Positions 59,519 through 64,000 of a DNA stretch of 64,000 nucleotides are shown here, in pieces (position 1 is the first letter of the stretch; every line of letters begins with the position of its first letter). A model generated the notes under the pieces. The model made no database searches and had not been told where the DNA came from. It was given only the letters and a program-made list of their open reading frames with translations. Location: assembly GCA_034226945.1 (NCBI GenBank), contig CP120456.1, positions 1,116,001-1,180,000 of the forward strand. The letters are read 5' to 3'. Both the position numbers and the translations under genes were made by a program. Source of the DNA: Picochlorum sp. SENEW3. Lineage: Eukaryota.

Positions 59519-62410
59519 CAGGGTTGCAGATAGTGTCATATTTTTGTCATATTTGGTGTCCCACTAAAGCCCGATTTTGACCGAAAATGTCATATTTCGT
59601 CATGTTTTTGTCATATTTTTGGGTACGGTCAAAGGGGACGTTTGATGGGCAAGTTCTACACAGGGGGTTGATCGATCCAAATATCCCTTCATTAGGGCGA
59701 CTTGATCGGACGGCACGTTATCCATCCAAAGGTTACAGAAATCACTCATTCTAAAATGTTCATTCAACTGCACACCGCCTTAACATGGAATTCCAGGCCT
59801 CAAAAGCTGGTAAAATTACTTCATTATAGATCTTGCTGTCCTCCCACAACTCACAAGGGATATATTTCAGTCGAAGGCATGAATTCAAATGCTTGGAGTC
59901 AAGCCTGGTTCTTGTCTTTGTCTTAGTGAGGTTCATGTGAGCAAACCGGCGCTCATTTTCCACTGTGGTGAATGGTATCGTGAGAATCAACTGACATAGC
60001 TTTACAGCCTCAGGACACTTGCTCTCAAGAAGGCCATTCTGTAACAGATAATTGAGAAATTTGATTGGGCCTGACTTCTCCCCACAGCAGGAATTTATGA
60101 ATGCTTCACTTCTTACTTTAACAATCTCCAGAAAGTCTCTCATCTCAAAATTCACCTGATGTCGGTCAATTGGAGGTTCAATATTGTCTTTGGCCTTTCC
60201 AAACAGTTCCAGCAACACATCTATTCGATGCAAATATTCCTTCCTTTTGACATCTTTCAGGCTGTCTGTCCTCTCAGCTGATGGTTGTTCCTCAACATAC
60301 GACGCTGGTGAGAGTATTTTGCATGCGTCAAGAATTTTATCAGATGGGAATCTTGCTTCCAATGCTGACAAGAAGTCCCGTGCAGTCTTCTCCGTCAGAT
60401 CCACAGCCCTTGTCAGGACCTTCATGAACTTCTCATTTGCTTTGTTTGGAAACTCCCAATCTTTGGGAGGCAATTTAGCGAGTTCTAGATCAACATCCAT
60501 ATCCTCGTTTAACAAATCCAACATACTAGCGGCTCTCACTTGCCCCTTGCTCCTTTCATTTGCCAGAATCTGAGATACTTCGCGGTCATATCGATCAAAG
60601 TTCAGTACATACTTGTCTTCCATTGTATGGAAGTAGCAATACCATTCCCCCATATCATTTTTTCCCAACTGTAAAGGGGTTACCATTCATATAACTTCTG
60701 CTGAGGTCTTCCTCTCTAAATAACATTTCAAAGTCAAAGGTCTTGAATGCAGATTTCTCCTCCAGATAGTTCTCTTTGATGTTTCTTGAAGCATCTTCAA
60801 GAATGGTCTGCATATCCTGAAAGAAAATGTCCTTTTGTTGGAATTTTTTCATCATCCTACCAAGTGTTTGCAGCAAAGGGAGATGCAGAAATATTTCCCA
60901 GAGAGTTGTGAAATCAGACAGTCTTCGGAATAATTCACCTGCTTTCACATTCACAGCAGATTCTTTCCTGGAACAACGTAAGGTTGCCGGCAAACCATAA
61001 CAGAAGGATCTAAAAGATGAATCTACAGGCATCCATCGTACATCAATTATTCGCTCTATCTTCTTTGGCTTGAGTCCAACTTCTTCAAAAGAAACATCCA
61101 GGTTCCTCATTCTCAATGGTGAATCGTATACGAAATTCCGGACATCTTGGACTAGTTGACAAATTTCTGCAAATGACTTGTTCTTGCTGATAACTTCGCA
61201 CGCAAGATTGGCTCTGTGTGCAGCACAGGACATTGGCAACAGAAATGGCAGACTCTTCATCATTTTAGCTAGAACTCCATTTTTCTGCCTTGCATCGTAC
61301 TGCATCCATCCGCGGCAATAGATACCACTTTTCGTGCAAGATCCTCACGAGACAGGCCTGTGAATTCCTTGAGCCCTTCGAAAACAAGCTCTGCTTGATC
61401 ATGTGCCTTTGTTCTTTCCTTCATTGGCGCCATGAACAAGAAGAGATGTAAGACTCTTCCTCCTCTCCAGACCTGCATTTCCACGTCCATTTGATCTATA
61501 GTGGAATTATCTGTGCTGGCATCAATTGTCAGTGCAATAAAAGAGGATTGAGAGATCAATTCCCGGATTTTTTCTTTCAAAACCTTATCCAGAGCATCAA
61601 CCATCTCCCAAATAGAATGCCTTGAAGAGTGCTCTTTACTCAGCAGTCCATGGTCACTCTCTGGTAACCACGCCATTAATCGACCAACATTGTTCTCAAA
61701 TCCATGAACTGAACCATACTGGGTAATATGCGACAAGATGCTTGTAAGCTGAAAACATTTCTGACGCTTGATCTTTGAAGTGGGATTCTGCAAGCTTTGT
61801 TTGACTTTTGTCTGGGTGTCGTTTTTGACCTTAAATGTCTTTTCTGATTTCGAAAAGATCATGAAGTGGTTATGTTTTGATGATTTTTGATGCTGTGCTA
61901 GCAATGTCTTCTTCTTTGCAGCATTGACTATCACCATCTTGCCTGTGCCTAATGAGCACCATTCACAGTATTGTTCTTGGCCTGCCACACGCAGCCAAGG
62001 AAACTCGGCCATCCAATGAACATTAATCTTCCTACTCTTCACCGCTCTACTAGAACCTGCACTTGTGTCTGGATCACCACTGAACTTCCGCTTCGAGGCC
62101 TCAGTCTGCTGGGAAGACATTTTTGACTTTGCTTCCTCCCAACTCTCAAGGTTAGCTCGAATTGCCCTCCTGGTATCATCGTTGATGCCCTTGGACTCTA
62201 TTATTTTACCCTGTCTTTGTTTTATTTCTTTTTCACTCAAGATCTCGCAGAAATCACTTTCACTATTCTCTAGGGGAGAGGAATGTCCCGCCTCGTCGTC
62301 CCCTGAAGATCCCATTCCTGAGCCACTTTGGTGTCATCTTTTTACAGATTTTGTCATATTTTGGTGTCATATTGCCAAAAAGTGTCAATTTTGGTGTCAT
62401 ATTTCCGCCA
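59519..62410 (-). mobile_element. hAT DNA transposon (ZNF862-like transposase 59760-62315, split by two frameshifts)
   Basis: Motifs FIALTIDASTD, AADGCSTM, CAAHRANL, DVRW and dimerisation-type TIPFTTVENERRF. CAGGGTTG end at 59519. TGTCATATT subterminal repeats at both ends. Confidence 0.88.
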
Positions 62411-62804
62411 GGAAAGGGTAGGGTAGGGTAGTTATATGGCCCAAATCCATGTGTCAAGCACGGTAGGGTATAGATTTTTTGACGATGTGCTCCGTCTCTC
62501 CACATATTAAGTTTTATTTACCTTTCAATAGCATCAAACACGAGTCAGAACTGAAAAATATTTTGTTTTGGGTCCATTTCAGAGGGGTCAAAAACTGGGG
62601 CAAAATTGGGCGCGCCACAAGGAGAAAAAGGCGCCCCCACTTGGAAGAAGGTGACTGTCACTAGTCCAATCCTTTGCAGTGGTCTAGCTACCAGACGAAA
62701 ACGTGTCCAGTCCCGCACGTTTGCCCAGATATATAATCATATATAAGTAGTATCTGAGTGAACGTAGAGAAAAAACAAATGTCTCTGAGGTTGGTTTTCA
62801 GGGG

Positions 62805-64000
62805 GCTGAAGTGGGCCACCCTGGTGGTGAGTGTCAGGGGGCTTGTGGGGCGTGTTTGGGGGTGTCAAAGACAATGTCCAGTCCTGCGCTCTTTTGTGTG
62901 GCTGTATTTATATAATATCAATGTATGTGCAAAGCGAGAGGAGTGGAAATTGTCTCTGGCATGGTCATTTGTCGGGGTGAAGTGGTAAAGCTGGTTGTCA
63001 CTATGACCAAGCTTGTGGGGCGTGTTTGGTGGTGTCAAAGACAATGTCCAGTCCTGCGCGTTTTTTTGTAGATGTATTTATATAATATCAATGTATGTGC
63101 AAAGCGAGAAGAGTGGACATTGTCTCTGGCATGGTCATTTGTCGGGGTGAAGTGGTAAAGCTGGTTGTCACTATGACCAAGCTTGTGGGGCGTGTTTGGT
63201 GGTGTCAAAGACAATGTCCAGTCCTGCGCTCTTTTGTGTGGCTGTATTTATATAATATCAATGTATGAGCAAAGCGAGAAGAGTGGACATTGTCTCTGGC
63301 TTGGTCATTCGGCGTGTTGAAGTGGTGACACTGGTGGTGAGTATGAGTGAGTTTGTGGGGCGTGTTTGGCGGTGTCAAAGACAATGTCCAGTCCTGCGCC
63401 TTTTTGTGTGGATTTATTTATATAATATCAATGTATGAGCAAAGCGAGAAGAGTGGACATTGTCTCTGGCATGGTCATTCGGCGTGTTGAAGTGGTGACA
63501 CTGGTGGTGAGTGTCAGCGACCTTATAGCGCGTGTTTGGTGGTGTCAGAGACAATGTCCAGTCCTGCGCGTTTTTTTGTAGATGTATTTATATAATATCA
63601 ATGTATGAGCAAAGCGAGAAGAGTGGACATTGTCTCTGGCATGGTCATTCGGCGTGTTGAAGTGGTGACACTGGTGGTGAGTGTCAGCGACCTTATAGCG
63701 CGTGTTTGGTGGTGTCAGAGACAATGTCCAGTCCTGCGCGTGTTTGTGTAGACGTATTTATAGTATAGTAATATATGTGCAAAGCCAGAGGAGTGGACAT
63801 TGTCTCTGGCATGGTCATTCGGCGGGGTGAAGTGGTGACACTGGTGGTGAGTATCAGCGACCTTGTGGGGCGTGTTTGGTGGTGTCAAAGACAATGTCCA
63901 GTCCTGCGCGTTTTCGTGTAGATATATTTATATAATATCAATGTATGTGCAAAGCGAGAAGAGTGGACATTGTCTCTGGCATGGTCATTTGGCGGGGTGA
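62805..64000. repeat. 170-bp tandem satellite (at least 7 copies, runs off the window)
   Basis: Unit registers at 62842, 63011, 63181, 63351, 63521, 63691 and 63861. Confidence 0.95.

Noticed and set aside
62805..64000. CRISPR-like array
   Set aside because: Whole 170-bp units repeat with no unique spacers, the context is eukaryotic and there are no cas genes.

Overview
This is eukaryotic DNA and almost entirely transposon-derived. Short GT-AG introns, chromovirus-type LTR elements, a TPT-family transporter and TTTAGGG/TTAGGG-like motifs suggest a green alga (inference). Only about four host-like genes sit as islands: a TPT/nucleotide-sugar transporter, two membrane-anchored putative SAM-dependent enzymes and one unknown protein. 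The mobile elements are three L1/Tx1-like LINE families (called A, B and C here), an intron-containing Helitron plus a partial copy, a KDZ transposase, hAT and pogo-like transposases, two inverted copies of a Ty3/gypsy element, a third Ty3/gypsy chromovirus, a solo LTR, a 2.2-kb repeat present twice in inverted orientation, and a terminal 170-bp palindromic satellite. Main highlights: (1) a Ty3/gypsy element whose gag and pol appear to be fused by splicing of a 570-nt repeat-containing intron; (2) a gypsy family with perfect heat-shock elements in front of two TATA boxes, a shared RNaseH/integrase frame break that a 44-nt intron would repair, and 5'/3' LTR differences shared by both copies; (3) an inversion shown by swapped target-site duplications; (4) recurrent chains of short palindromes in or beside mobile elements. 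All family calls come from motif recognition by eye; no database searches were run.
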